Assembly (NCBI RefSeq): GCF_026571515.1
Contig: NW_026851604.1
Location: 1 to 64,000 of the forward strand
Length of the DNA: 64,000 bases
Source: Ruditapes philippinarum
Lineage: Eukaryota
Direction: 5' to 3'
Under the pieces are notes generated by a model that saw nothing but the letters and a program-made list of their open reading frames with translations, did no database searches and was not told where the DNA came from. A program made the translations under genes and the position numbers. Positions 38,568 through 51,800 of the stretch are shown here, in pieces. Each line of letters starts with the position of its first letter. Positions within the stretch are counted from its first letter, which is position 1.

Positions 38568-39559
38568 TGATCAACTTTGAAATTATCAAAACCTGAATAA
38601 TACAAAATGATTTCGCCGGCAGTGATATAACTTCGTTTTAGTCATTAAGTGATATCGAAAGATTCCATATATATTTATCCAAAAAGTTAGATTAAGATTA
38701 AAAAATAACTTATGAGTTTGCAAGAAAACATAAATATTGATATAACACTTGTATCGCATTTCGAGCATACTTTGTATCTAAACGAATGTCGTGAATCGCT
38801 TCAGTTCAGAAAATATAATTACATTTTGTACATGTAATTAACTGCAAGTATAACTGAATTGCATGCTATTTCATGAATAGAAACAAAATTTGAAATCAGT
38901 CCGATATACATGTCGTGTTATGTGCCGATAATAAAACTTGATTATAAAAAAACTGCACAGGTTTGGTTGTGAAACATGCATAGAGAATAAGAATTCTCTT
39001 AAGAAAAAGAACATACATCAACCACGAAAATTGGTCATTTTAAACGTTCAGCTTGCACCTTCTAAATGAGATACAAAGCATTTAAAAGTCCGTTAACCTT
39101 CTGTGTATCTAGTAAATTTGTTCACATGTTGCCATATCAAGAATAGTGCAAATAAAGATTTAGGAAATTATAATAATGAAAGGGCTAGTGATAGATACAG
39201 TTCAATTAAACAGCCAATCATCATAATACGCTCTCCAGATTCTATGAAATATTGTAATGAAATATTGCAGGATATAGTTCTTCAAACTGTTTCTATAACA
39301 GTCCCAAAATATGATGACGATACGTTACGTGTTTAATTAAATTTTCAACTCCTAAATTAGCTAAACTGCTTATCGATTAGGCATATTTAAACATGCTAAT
39401 AAAACATTTGTATATAAAATTAAGTGTATGTTTAAAGTATTGATTACCTTACCTGTGTTTTTACAGCTACATCTAACTATACAGCAATCCAGATTAAACC
39501 ATTTAACTTAAGTAAAGTAATTATAAAGTCTACCTTTCCAAAATTTTATGAAATATGAA

Positions 39560-40686
39560 AAACAAGATCAACAAGGAAAGGCGGCGTTCAATGAAAGCAA
39601 CCCCCATATGACCCAGCAACAAGAACCAATGGCAAGGAGCCCAGGCGGACCCCAAACATAAAAAGGACAGGGCAACGACACGTTAAACATTAAATGATAA
39701 ATAATTTGTAACTGATTAGGAATTCAAAGAAAAAAATAATAGGCCCACAAAGGGGAAGGGGACAGGAGACCGGGGGAAGGGGGGGGGGGTAATCAAAGAA
39801 ATAAAAACTAGAGGCAATGGGGAAGATACTTACCGTAGACGAGAAAACAACAAGGGACACAGGCAAAAGTGTCACCAAAACAGTATGAAACAACATAGAC
39901 ATACATCTGAGGAACACAGTGGGGCGCCGCCTTGGAACGGTCAGCAGCATAATAATGACTGCTGGGGAGTTTAAACCGGTTAATGGTGCACCAAACCTCG
40001 CTCTTAGCCCCACCATGTTCCTATAAACGAGACAGTGTAAATAAAATGAATCCCCGCCAAGTGAAATTCTAACAGTTGTCATGGTTACAAAAGGTTAAAT
40101 AAATAAAACACTAAAATGATCATGTAGAAACATATAAAAGTAAACCCAATGACCATAACAAAAGTACTCAATGTCCTAACGGAAGACAGAGCAACAAGAA
40201 AATCACCTACAAGGGCCCGACGAAGCAAGGCAGAAGACGAACATTAAGACAATTCAGACCCAAAGGGCTTTACGAACTATCCATCATAGAGTCTCCCACT
40301 TGGTCCGTCAGATGCAATCAAAAGAGGAAAGCGTAGTGTCCAACTGTAAAAGGGTTGAACACTAAACATGCAGTATGTCTTAAAATAGTAGGGTCATAAC
40401 CTCTTTTAATAAAACGTTTAATAATTTTAGTAAAAACAGCAGAAAAATTACCATGACCCAAAATCTTACGAAGTTTGTAAACCACATCGCCATAAAAACC
40501 AGGCTGGCTAATCCCTTGTCGCAGAAGAGTTTTTAAATCACTATTGAATTTAGAAATTAAATCAAAGTTACGATTGTAAAATTTAGTAAAATATTTCCGT
40601 AATTTATGATAGCGGTAGCCCTGTTTTAGAAGCTTGCTGGTAATAAAAATATTCCGCTCGTTGAAATCCTTTACGTTGTTACAAGC
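39560..40686 (-). mobile_element. 3' fragment of a Penelope-like retroelement, Naiad-type (RT thumb/C-terminus plus 3' UTR)
   Basis: Frame 40686->40270 reads ACNNVKDFNERNIFITSKLLKQGYRYHKLRKYFTKFYNR...FYGDVVYKLRKI...TACLVFNPFTVGHYAFLF(TGA)LHLTDQVGDSMMDSS*. No C-terminal GIY-YIG follows. Absent from the paralogous module near 33700. Confidence 0.8.
40233..40296 (-). promoter_or_regulatory. SECIS-like stem-loop (type 2), one core mismatch
   Basis: GGAGAC UCU AUGA U GGAUAGUUCG U AAA GCCC UUU GGGU C UGAAUUGUCU U AA U GUUC GUCUUC. Helix I, 10-bp helix II, apical AAA and ministem all form; the 3' core is UAAU instead of UGAU. Confidence 0.75.
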
Positions 40687-41146
40687 TGTCAGTTTCTGTC
40701 AGCTGTCGAGAAGTTTCTGTCGCCCTTTCACAAAATCTGATTTCAGTTTTACTTAAGAAAAAGAAAGAAAAAAAAAGTTTTACTTAAAATCTGATTTTAC
40801 TAGATACACAGAAACTTCTCGAACAGTGACCTTCAAGCTGAATACAGCAGATTAACTTCCTTTCGTTGAAAACGTCTATAAATAGCATATCCTAAATTAA
40901 AGTTAATTTTGTCGTCTGTATCATACTTGTCTCGATATGTACAATGAATAGCGAACTGGAGAATTTCGCAATGCAAACATTTTCAAATGAAATCACCTTT
41001 TCCGTCAATAAATCGCGCTCTTCGGGGGTTTTTATTTATCATTTTGTAGCACACAGTGGGTTATTATGGTATGTTATTCCGAAAGCTGTAAATAGAATGA
41101 TGAGTTGATGACCTAAATATTCCGAAAATCTATTTATAGAGGGATG

Positions 41147-41257
41147 TACTCCTATCGGTAATTCCCGGTCTCTCCTGGTCTATTTTGACCGGGATTTACT
41201 AGTGACCGGCGAATAGTACCACACGTTTATTGTCCGGTCTCTCCCGGTTTTGGAGTA
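41147..41257. mobile_element. Small MITE-like element with TACTCC...GGAGTA ends
   Basis: Short TIR with TA flanks and internal CCGGTCTCTCC repeats. Confidence 0.45.
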
Positions 41258-44200
41258 GATGTTTGAGATCGTTACAGAACAGAACAAATACTTTACAGAT
41301 AAATAAGCTTTTTTTCAAAATGAATGTTTGTCACTTAGTTTGGTTAAAATAATTAATAAACACAGATCAACTCTCAAATTTATTGATTATTATTATACAT
41401 AAACATACAATTCGAATAAAAACAAAAAAAAACCAACACAAATCGCATGTTTTATTTTATCTATATGAGATCAAAACAATAAATATGTACAATAATTGAG
41501 AAAAAATGTACATTTTTATGGCATTTATATGACACTATCAACTTTGAAACATTTTATTTAATTTGTTATTCGTGTTTAGTAAAGATGCCGAGGAATTATT
41601 CAAAGTTACAAATCAGATTTTATGAATTATTCAATTGATTGATAATTTAAAAAATGATAAAGAAAAATACAAATGTACATGTATATGGTTTAAGAATAAA
41701 CAATATTATATATTGAAAGATTAACCATAGTTTACTGACTTTTTCCAGTTAAGTTTTGACTTAATTATAATCGTCGGTCAATATGACAATTGAATTCTTA
41801 AAATAGTAGTAAACGTAAAAACTCAGTATTAAAATAGCGCATAAAACACAAAAAAGAAAAGAAAACAATGTTCATAAAATCTGTATTTTTTTTATTTAAA
41901 TAAATATTACAAATATTGTATAATAAATAATCATGCTCAACATGATCAACATGGAAATAATACAAGTGTCATATTGTTACTAAGTGTGAACAGATACCTT
42001 AAGAGGGAGTCTTCGCTAATAGCGATAACATAATAAGGGACAATTACACAAGTGTGGTGTTGATCATGCGTTACACATATGGATTATAAATGATTGTATA
42101 CATGTATATCCGTTGCTATTAATAACCACGATCATAAAGAAATAACAAGTAATATTCTAATTTCTAGCATGCCAATCAAAGTTATAAGTAATGAACAATG
42201 TCTTTCGTCCGTTCATTCATAAGTGATATACAATTCTGGTAAAAACCAATGAACCATTGAACAGTTTATAAGAATATCTTGTCATCAAATATCTACTAGT
42301 TCATCTGCACCTGCTGCATTTCTTGCTTGGACGCCCTTTGATGCTTTGCATCAATGCTTTTCTTGTGTATCAATTTGTTATAAACCGGATGTTGCGAGCT
42401 GACCGAGAGTAGGCTAAGCTATTATGTTTCCTAATGATATGAATAACAATTGATTTATATACTATTTCTGATGGAGTTTTAGCGCAAGGAAAAGCAACTC
42501 GGTATTCTTCACAGATATATTTGCCAGTAATGCCGACGGACGCATATTGACAAAATCATTAAAATTCTGAGCAAAGTGTAAAACTATGACTGTATGATTT
42601 CTTGTAACGACACTGTATGACCTCTTACGAGCTTAAAACTAAATGTGTATGATTTCTTGCGAGTTTCTAGGACTCTGAAAAAGAAAATGTGACTTTAAAG
42701 ATTACAATATGAATTTAATATGGAAAGTTTCGAGTTACAAAACTAATCTTAATTTGTATCATTGAATCAAATAATAAATTATATCAGAAAATCACATGGT
42801 GCATATACTAAAAATTCATTGGTTACATCTTACAATGTGTGAAATAAAAAAAATCGACAGTGCATCAAGGAAAGCTTAGAGAATCTGAAATTCTGAACAA
42901 TCTTAGTAAGATGACTGCATGGCCTCTTTCGACTACAGCAAATAAATTGCATTACATCTTGCGTTCGATAGCAACCATTAAGAAACACCATCGTTATTTG
43001 TTTAAATTAACTCAAATGTTTATTATGATATATCTAATTGTCCATTATTAAAACCTGAAAAATACCAAATGGTTTCGCCGGAAGTGATACAGCTTATTTT
43101 AGACACCACTTGGACTCGTAAGATATCATATATAGAGCTAGCAAGAAAGAATCAGATGATTTCTTATGAGTTTGCAAGAAAATATACAATATTGATTTTA
43201 CACATGTGGCACATTTCCAGAATTTATTCAAGAAAATAAATGATTTTCTTGTCGGAAAATATAATAGAAAAAAAGGTTATATATTATAAAATGAATTGAT
43301 GCTTTCGTGAATAAAAAACCAAATCTGAAACCAGCCCGACACATATTTCGTGTTTTGTGCCAATGATAAAACTTAATTTCAAGAAAACTGCACTAGATGG
43401 GTTGTGAAACAGACATATTCAATAAAGAAAAAGTACATACATCAATAACTAACAAATTTGTGATTGTTTGCAACATCCGAATGAGGACATCTCGTTAATC
43501 CGTTTATCTACTGTGTATATTGTAAATTCATTCATATGCTGTCATATTAAGAATAGCGCAAATAAAGATTCAGCAAAGTATTTTAATGATAGGGCCTGTG
43601 ATAATTAAAGGCCGATTAAACAGCCATACCTCATATGCTCAAAGAATATTCTGTGAATATTTAATTGTTATATGGCAGGATGTAAAATGTTTCATGAATC
43701 AAACTGTTCAGATTGAATCAAACTGTTCAGATAACAGTCCCAAAATACATTACCAGTTGCATCCCCTGACGTTACGTTACTTGATTTATGAAATGTTTTA
43801 CTCCTAAATTGAGTAAATGGGTTATCGTTTTAGCATGTTTAAACCCGTTAACGATACACAAAGTAAAGTGTATATTAAAAAAAAGCTGTTCAGTGTACAT
43901 TATGCTTTTGTCGATTTATAACAGTTTATCTATTGACTGATTTGTACAATTTGTACATTTCAAAAGCTGTATAAAATTGATATTAATTGAAGGCACATAA
44001 TACCTCAGAAACAAATGTGAGTTCAGTAATATTCAAATAATGGCTAAGACCATGTAACAAGCTTATCATCTGCAGAAAGAATGTGCTTTTTTGTTGTTGT
44101 TTTTTTGCCTTAAATGTAATTAAAGTAGTATAAAGATTTCCATACCTAAATTCTAAATCACTAAAGCTATATTAATTGCCAAACCGCAACAGAAGCACAA

Positions 44201-44764
44201 GGTGGCTCATATAAAAGAACAATGAGCAACTGTTTGAAATTATACACGGAAAACAAAAATAAAAATATTTTGGGAACTTAAAAAAGCATTTTGACATGAA
44301 GGTCCTTGAATGTAGTTGGTATATTGATATACAAAAAAAATCAAATATATCACAAAGATATGAAAGGTAATAATAAGAATATCATATTAAAAGGCCAGTT
44401 TAAAGATAAGTTAAAGATAAGTTATATTCAGTAATTAATGGCCATATAATAAATGTTTTTTGTTGTTCTTGGTTCTGCTTTTCTATTATATCAAAACAAA
44501 AAGTTCGATTCAGTCATAAACTTAATTACCGGCAACAGCACACTGCCATTTTCGTATACCGATTCTGAAACGAACAATTCACCGTGGCTGCGATGGGCCC
44601 ACCGCTTCTGTGCTAGCTATGATAATTTTGCAATTAAATTTAAACAATTTTATCAAATATATGACAAAGTACAATAAGTTAAACCCGTTCAAGTGAACTG
44701 ATCCATAATGAAATGTCTGTAATACCATAAATAATCATTTCGATAGTATCAAGTATTATAAGCC

Positions 44765-45000
44765 GTCTAGCTGGTTAGCTCAAAAGGGAGAGCGTTGGAC
44801 TGTGAATCGGGCGATCCTGGTTCGATGCCCGAGCGGTGCAGATCTTTTTTGTTGTGATTGATCATGAAGTCCTTTCTATGGTCATTCGTACTGTGTCTCC
44901 GCTCAAGTATGAACAGAAGTTGTCAGTTCCTTGTGCAAGTGAAGGCAACTAATACTTGTTGACAGCTTGCCAATGAACGATGCTGTGACTGACTATGCGC
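44765..45000 (+). mobile_element. tRNA(His)-like-headed SINE, Meta/MESC-core-like
   Basis: A box TAGCTCAAAAGG, loop CTGTGAA, B box GGTTCGATGCC, then TGATCATGAA..TTTCTATGGTCATTC...AGTTGTCAGTT body. Confidence 0.7.
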
Positions 45001-45537
45001 TGGTAAATTCAATTTTGCTTTCTGTTCTGATCTGGTATGAAAACTACCAACACCACTACCAATAATTTGTATCATACCTGCTACTAAACCAGAATATAAA
45101 TATACATGTATAATGATGTTCTAGTAAGTTTGAGATACATGGTCAGATATAGCATATCATTATATAACAGGTTATAAATTATTCTAAAACAAAATATCAT
45201 TATTCATCGTACAAATGTTCATGATTAATTACTTTCAATACTAAAACATTCTGTTTCAAAAAATGTGCTTGAAGATTATTCAAATGTTACATTTTTTAAA
45301 GCTTAATTTAATGTCAAAACTAAAACATAGATCAATTTTTGCAAACAATTTTCTTCAAATAAAGTGGATAACAGTTTAACAATTCCATCAAAATTTAATA
45401 CTTGGTGGTTAATAGTGAACAGTTTAAAACTTAATTGCGTATAAAACATCAAGCTAACTACTAGTTACGCGTAGAATAAAGCCCTATGAAAAAAATGATG
45501 ATTATTAAAACTTGAAACTCGATGAAAAATAGTGTAA

Positions 45538-45921
45538 AAATCTGGAGACAAAGTGATCCCTTGGAAACATTAATCACAACAAAATTAGAGAGAAACAAGA
45601 GAATTGCATACTTGGTTTGATTGAGTCTGTACATGAGGGATTATGAAACCGTGCAACATCCCTCGTGCCCCCTAGCACCGGCTTGAGCGGTACTCAATCC
45701 TCAACACTTAATAGTGCTGGTATCAATGATCCCGAAGGACCAGAAAAATATAACAGCAATGAAGTGAAGTACGGGGCAACTTTTTACAGCTGCCACACAG
45801 CACACACTTGACACCTGATGTGAAGTATAGAAATCTGGAAACAAAGTGCTCCCTCGGAAGCATTAATCACAACAAAATAACAAGAGAATTGCAGACCCGG
45901 TTAGATTGAGTCTGTACATGA
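45538..45921. repeat. Direct ~95-bp repeat pair within a dispersed repeat relic
   Basis: AATCTGGA.ACAAAGTG.TCCCT.GGAA.CATTAATCACAAC...GATTGAGTCTGTACATGA at 45538 and 45832. 45715-45775 also matches 10803-10860. Confidence 0.65.
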
Positions 45922-48543
45922 TACATAAGCCTTTGTTATGTAGTATAGTAATTAAATGAATAATAAACCACTTTGTACAAATCAAAATTAATAAATGTTC
46001 TGGAAACTAGAAAGAACGCCCCATGACATCGCTGCAAGTTTGTTTAAACAGTGCTCATTCAGGGAAAAGAGTGAGTGCAAGCTACAGTACACCGCCCCTA
46101 GCATCGGGCACTTGTTTGAGCATAATTTCAAACTTAAAATAAAAATTATAAAACTTGAATTAAAAAAAAACCTTGACTAATGTGTTAAATTGTGGTTATC
46201 ATTGATCCTTCTGGAACATTGATAAATATTATTTCAAAGCCTGATAATATGTTTTATTTTAAATGATGGTAATTTATTACGCACAATTATAAAATGTAAT
46301 TCATCTATTCAGTAAAAAAAAAAATCTAATCTCAATGAATAAGATTTAAAGGTTTGAGCAATGGTCGATTTTTATGTATTTATTATTTGCGCTTTTAAAC
46401 TAAATTCAGTAAATCAATTCAAAGTGATGCTCTGGAAATAAGACTGCTCAGCTTTTGATAATTAATTCTTTGTCACATATTATAGAAAATAGACGTCACG
46501 TGACATTTATAAAACACTACTTTTAACAACAAATAGAAAACTGTTACTGCATTTAATGATCAACATTATTTTTTTCCAATCACATTGTAGTATTTTTCAA
46601 ATTTCTGCTAACTTTAATTCTAATTTTAGTTAATGTGTACTAACTTAATAAAATTTACTTAATCTGTCGTCTAACCAGTCTAATTTCAATAATGCATTAT
46701 ATTAGGGAGAAGTTAGATTCGTGGTTTGCACTCTGAATTGTAAAATACTTAGGTTAGCAAAACAATGCCAAAGTAAAAAAATAGGGGAGGTCAGGTGTTT
46801 CTAAATGTGAGGATACAATCAATTAATTTATTAAATAGATAAAACATTTGGGGCACGTAGAGACAAATGATTACATAGTAACATTTTTATATCCTTTTAA
46901 CTCTAAGAAGAAAGTCTGTTATAAATTGCTGACTGTTTTAAACTTTATATTTTCTAGAGAAAAAGTTACCAAAACATTATTTTCTTTCACTTGATATGAA
47001 TTAATTGCATAAACAATCCTTGATATAAAGAATACAATTATTACTTTTTTTTTGGCTGGAAAAGTCATTGAAAATGGATCCCCTCCACCTGAAAACCTAA
47101 ATTTACACACAGAAAAATAAACAAAAAATTCACTGTTTTTCAAATGATCAAATGAGCGAATCAATAAGGATTTCAAATGTTAGTGAATAATTTGAAGCTA
47201 ATTTTTCTAACATTTCCATTTATTTTAAAAGGATGTACACATTTCATTCACTCTATTGTTTTTACCTCATCCAGGTATTTTATAGAAACATGATTTTCTT
47301 AGATAAAGGTATAAATTCTGTGACGTTTCAGTAAAATTGCCTGATTATATGTTGAAAGGGCCATTTTTAGCTAATCTATATGTGACATGTTAGAAACTTG
47401 ACAAGGTGTAGACATCTTGTAAAGCGAAAGGTCGGAGCGATCGGTGATTTAGAGAAATGCCTCGTTTTTTGTTGAAAAAAAACAAAAAACATTATGTTGA
47501 TCATTAAATAGGTTAATGTTTAATAATACACATTTACAAAAAAAATTGGTCGCCTGCCTGCGGTAAAATTGAAAGTCTGTACTACAATGAATAATTACAT
47601 TGATAGTGTTTAGTATTGGACATAATAACAAACCATGAAATACATGTACTTTAGTTGTTGGTAAGTTTGACATACATGATCCTATATTACATATATTTAT
47701 TTTTATAGCAGATATATAATAAAATGTTCTCGAACAAACATATTTTTATTTTATGTCATCAGATAAATGGTCATTCTAAATCACCTTGAAAAATATAAAC
47801 ATTTTTTCCAACAGCATATTATACGAAATTTCAAGTGGCACATTTCTATTGTTTTATCAAGAGTTGAAATACTAATGGAATATGTGCCCATTGCAGACCT
47901 TTCCACTGTGGTTATATCTCATAAGTCAGGTCCATAGACTTCGATACTCATTGATACTTCATACAATAACTGTCTTATTATTGAACCAAACTAAAATTTG
48001 TCATTTGGTAAATTATCCAAGTCCTTTTTTCGCGCACCCAAACCCTTAACAAGCGGACGGAAAACACATGAGTTGTTTGCCTGTTTCCAACATTATTATG
48101 TTCTTTCTAAAGCTTGTAAATACTAATTACAATGCTAAGAATATGCTTTTTTATTTGTCAGAAAAAAATGTATGTTGACTTTAATGATTTAATTTATTAT
48201 TTAATGTAACTTTATTTATGATTGGTCGGCTAGTATTCTATATCCCGTGACTTCCACTACATCAATAGTTTGGAATAGAATATGGAAAGAATATACATAA
48301 ATCAAAACATAAAACATATTTTTGATCCTTTGTTATTCTTTCGATAGTATAGTAGATTTTTGAGATTTCATGAAAAGTGATTGCAACAATAAGTGTAAGT
48401 TAATGATATGTTTCGGAAATCCGTAAAAGTTGTGCTCCCCCGGAAGCAATAAGAACAAGAATATCATATGAAAATTGAGTTTATTCAAAGATTCATATAT
48501 CAATTTCAATTACTAAACAATTTTCCTATATTATTATTAACAG

Positions 48544-48788
48544 CAAAGCCTAACACAAGTGCCATATCTGTCAACAATCAGTGGTGTTTACAGGATACCA
48601 GAAACAAAAGCCAAGACCGTAGAATCCAGCAAAGGATTTGGAGAAAGCAATCATTTTTAAATGAAACCTCCCAAGTCCAGCCTGTTCGTTTACCAAGACC
48701 TGTTGTTACAGGAAACGACTAGAATAATCGTCATGGAAACACGTCACGTCAACATGGAAACTATGGTTTTGATTTTTCCTGTTACTAA
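48544..48788 (+). pseudogene. Orphaned duplicate of exon 26677-26921
   Basis: Same acceptor and frame, but TTG>TAG at 48720-48722; the upstream TM exon lies outside the duplication. Confidence 0.45.
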
Positions 48789-50367
48789 TTAAGATGAAAA
48801 AAAGAGAAAAAAGAAAGAATGTGATTTATGAAATAACAAAAGCAGTGTTTTGACAGAGCTAGAAAACAGATGTGCTGATATATAGCACAGAGGATTTTAT
48901 ATATCAAATTAAAATACCTGACGACATTTTAAATCTTGGAAATTTAAATCTTTAGAGCAAATTTGTGGATGCGTTAAATGACGGTAGCACATCATGACAT
49001 ATTTCAAGGATGCACTTTTTGAATTCAATATGATCATTAACTTTACTTTCGTATTATTTGGAACGAAACTTATTCTTAAACAATTCACAATAGGAATTGT
49101 TAAAATCAACTACATATTGTACTAGACATGATTAGAAAATGTCCTATTTATTACTTATAATATTTATGACATGAAAATAAAAATTGTGTGTAAAATAATC
49201 TGATCAGAATATTATGTACATGTCTGTGAGCCTGAATATACACTTACCAATCAATTAGTCAAATCAATTAATGACCCAATCAATAACGATTAATCTTATG
49301 TTATGCAAAAAACACTGAATGACTTTGTATTTACCACGTGACTTTTAAACTGTTCAGTTTCTGAATTGGACTATTTTTTCTTCCATGTAGTGATAATTTT
49401 TTTTCAAATTCTATGATAAAAATATAATGTTAGTTTACAAACAGTATGGATTAGCAGGCTGGCCTGGCTCTTTACTGGTGTCAAAGGATGATCTCATTGG
49501 GTTTCAACAGGGTAACGGTCCTAATAGCGCGGTGCTCCTGATGCCTGATGGTTATTAGTATGATTTTTACAATACTTGTCAGGGCATTAATTAGACATCA
49601 AGATAGATAGTCGGTAAATTGCGGAGAAATTCATAATATATTCATAATTATTACTTGAAACTTATCCAGGAAAGCCGATTCTTTCAAATAACCAGCGGCT
49701 GTTATAATTGCAACCGGATATTATATATTTGAACATACATGTAAATTCAATTTTCCCTCTTACCATGTATGATTTATTTGATTATGTTTTGTTTATGTTA
49801 TTCTAATGGATCCAGTGTGATTTTGCATAATATATCAGTTCTTTTCCTTCATTTTTAAACACGTAAAAACATTTATAAATTGGAAAAATGAATATGTTTA
49901 CATGCTTGTTTTGTACAAAACAACCTCTTATGTAATAAGTAAAAGAAAGAGTATCGAAACACGATGCTATTTGATTTGTTCTTTCTCTTTTATATCATAG
50001 TTAAACGTAAAACACACGTTCCCTGCTGTCACAATATGAAACCCCAGAATAAAGTAACCAATGAACCAGCATCTAAATATGAAATTTTTTGTCGCTTTCT
50101 TCAAAATAAGTAAACCCTAGCAAAATGAGCCAATCAGTGGGCATGCTCTGGAGTCCGGGTTACTAATAGCTGCACTCCAATGAACGCAATGCATGAATAT
50201 GTATACGATTTGACTCGGACACATTTTCAACAGAAAGGTCCCCAAACTATGACACAAATAAAATATTATCTAAGAACTAACGATAACGTATATATACCAA
50301 TTGATAGATATTGCCCTTTTACCTAAAAGTGTTAGATTTCTTAGTTTTCGTTGAATATTCCTTTTAA

Positions 50368-50680
50368 CCCTTTCGCTGCCAAAGGGTTATTGTTTTATTG
50401 TTCACCTATTTGCCAGAGGATTTTCTAAGAAATTACTATATTATTAATTAATATAATTATTATTATTTGTTATTAGTATTATAATAATTATATATGTTTC
50501 CAAATCTGTTAGTATAATAATAATTATTGTCTATGGTATAATTTTCTTTATATTTATTATTATTATTATTAATTTATTATTGTTACTATTATTATTATAC
50601 AAACGGCTAAAGCCGTCCATATGGCAAATACGCCGAAAATAACAGGGACGGCTTAAGCCGTCTCTTTGGTAGTGAAAGAG
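50368..50680. mobile_element. piggyBac-like MITE
   Basis: TTAA|CCCTTTCGCTGCCAAAG ... CTTTGGTAGTGAAAGAG|TTAA; absent from the paralog near 28450. Confidence 0.8.
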
Positions 50681-51435
50681 TTAAATTCATAAAGTAACAC
50701 GGAAGTTTTACGGACTTAAGGAAATAACAACAATTTTGAATTTATTGAGCTATTAGTTTTGGAATATACAACAATCCCGTTTAAAAAAATCACAATTTTT
50801 ACATATTTTATTTTCTTCAGTTCATAAGTATATTAGGAAACAGCTAACAGCTAAGTGGTATTTTATTCAGACAATAATTTACCTGTTACAGTCATATTTA
50901 CATGTATACATATCTTGCATATAAATATAAGCACTACTATAATTTATTGTATCACACTATACAAACAAATCTTTAATACCCTGATCATTGGTTCAGCACA
51001 TAGGCTACTTACACCTTACTACTTTGATTTCGTTCTTTTTCGTGAAATATGTCTGTAAAGAAAGCTAATCGGTGATGCTTGCAGCAATATAAAATATTTT
51101 TTACATAGTACTACGCACTTGTAATCGTAACGTATATTTTATCTATATACATGACTACTGTTAATATGTAAACAATGTTCAGTTGTTTTATTTTAAATAA
51201 ATTAATTGTGCTGTAGCTGTAAAATATATTCCTTATCAGGCCATTTGACAAGATATATGGTCAAGTTTAAGATATTTAAAATATAACCTTACCTCACATA
51301 GCTGTCTTGGTTATAAAAGCCTTCATCCGTATTATATACAAAACATTTAACGAGGGAATATAACTTTTTAAATATAAAATATTATCATTTTGTAGAGCTA
51401 ACAATTTGCTCAAATATCATCGTTTGCCATAGATA

Positions 51436-51569
51436 NNNNNNNNNNNNNNNNNNNNNNNNNNNNNNNNNNNNNNNNNNNNNNNNNNNNNNNNNNNNNNNNN
51501 NNNNNNNNNNNNNNNNNNNNNNNNNNNNNNNNNNNNNNNNNNNNNNNNNNNNNNNNNNNNNNNNNNNNN
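51436..51569. other. Assembly gap (N run)
   Basis: Run of N. Confidence 1.
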
Positions 51570-51800
51570 TAAGGCACATGCTTACATAAATATGTTTAAC
51601 CTAAAATCATTGAAATCAATGTGAAATAAGTTTGTTCAAGATATGATTCATAATTTACAAGTTTAAATGTAATAATGGAATAAATGTCTTAAAGTCCTGT
51701 AAGTTCTTTTATAATTGTACCTTTTCTATAATAAAGAACAATTACCACATAATTGTATGCACTCTTCCGTTTACAAATCAATGAAAAATGAATACAGTGT

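Larger units (their letters stand above)
36535..43880 (+). repeat. Tandem duplicate of the non-coding upstream region 31555-35965 (no coding exon), expanded by insertions
   Basis: 36535-39540 matches 31555-33710; 40820-40910 matches 33725-33810; 42415-43880 matches 34190-35950. Confidence 0.85.

Noticed and set aside
39690-40082. 130-aa ORF
   Set aside because: Low-complexity translation of the retroelement 3' UTR.
44765-44840. tRNA-His gene
   Set aside because: Stems are imperfect and the sequence runs into a SINE body.
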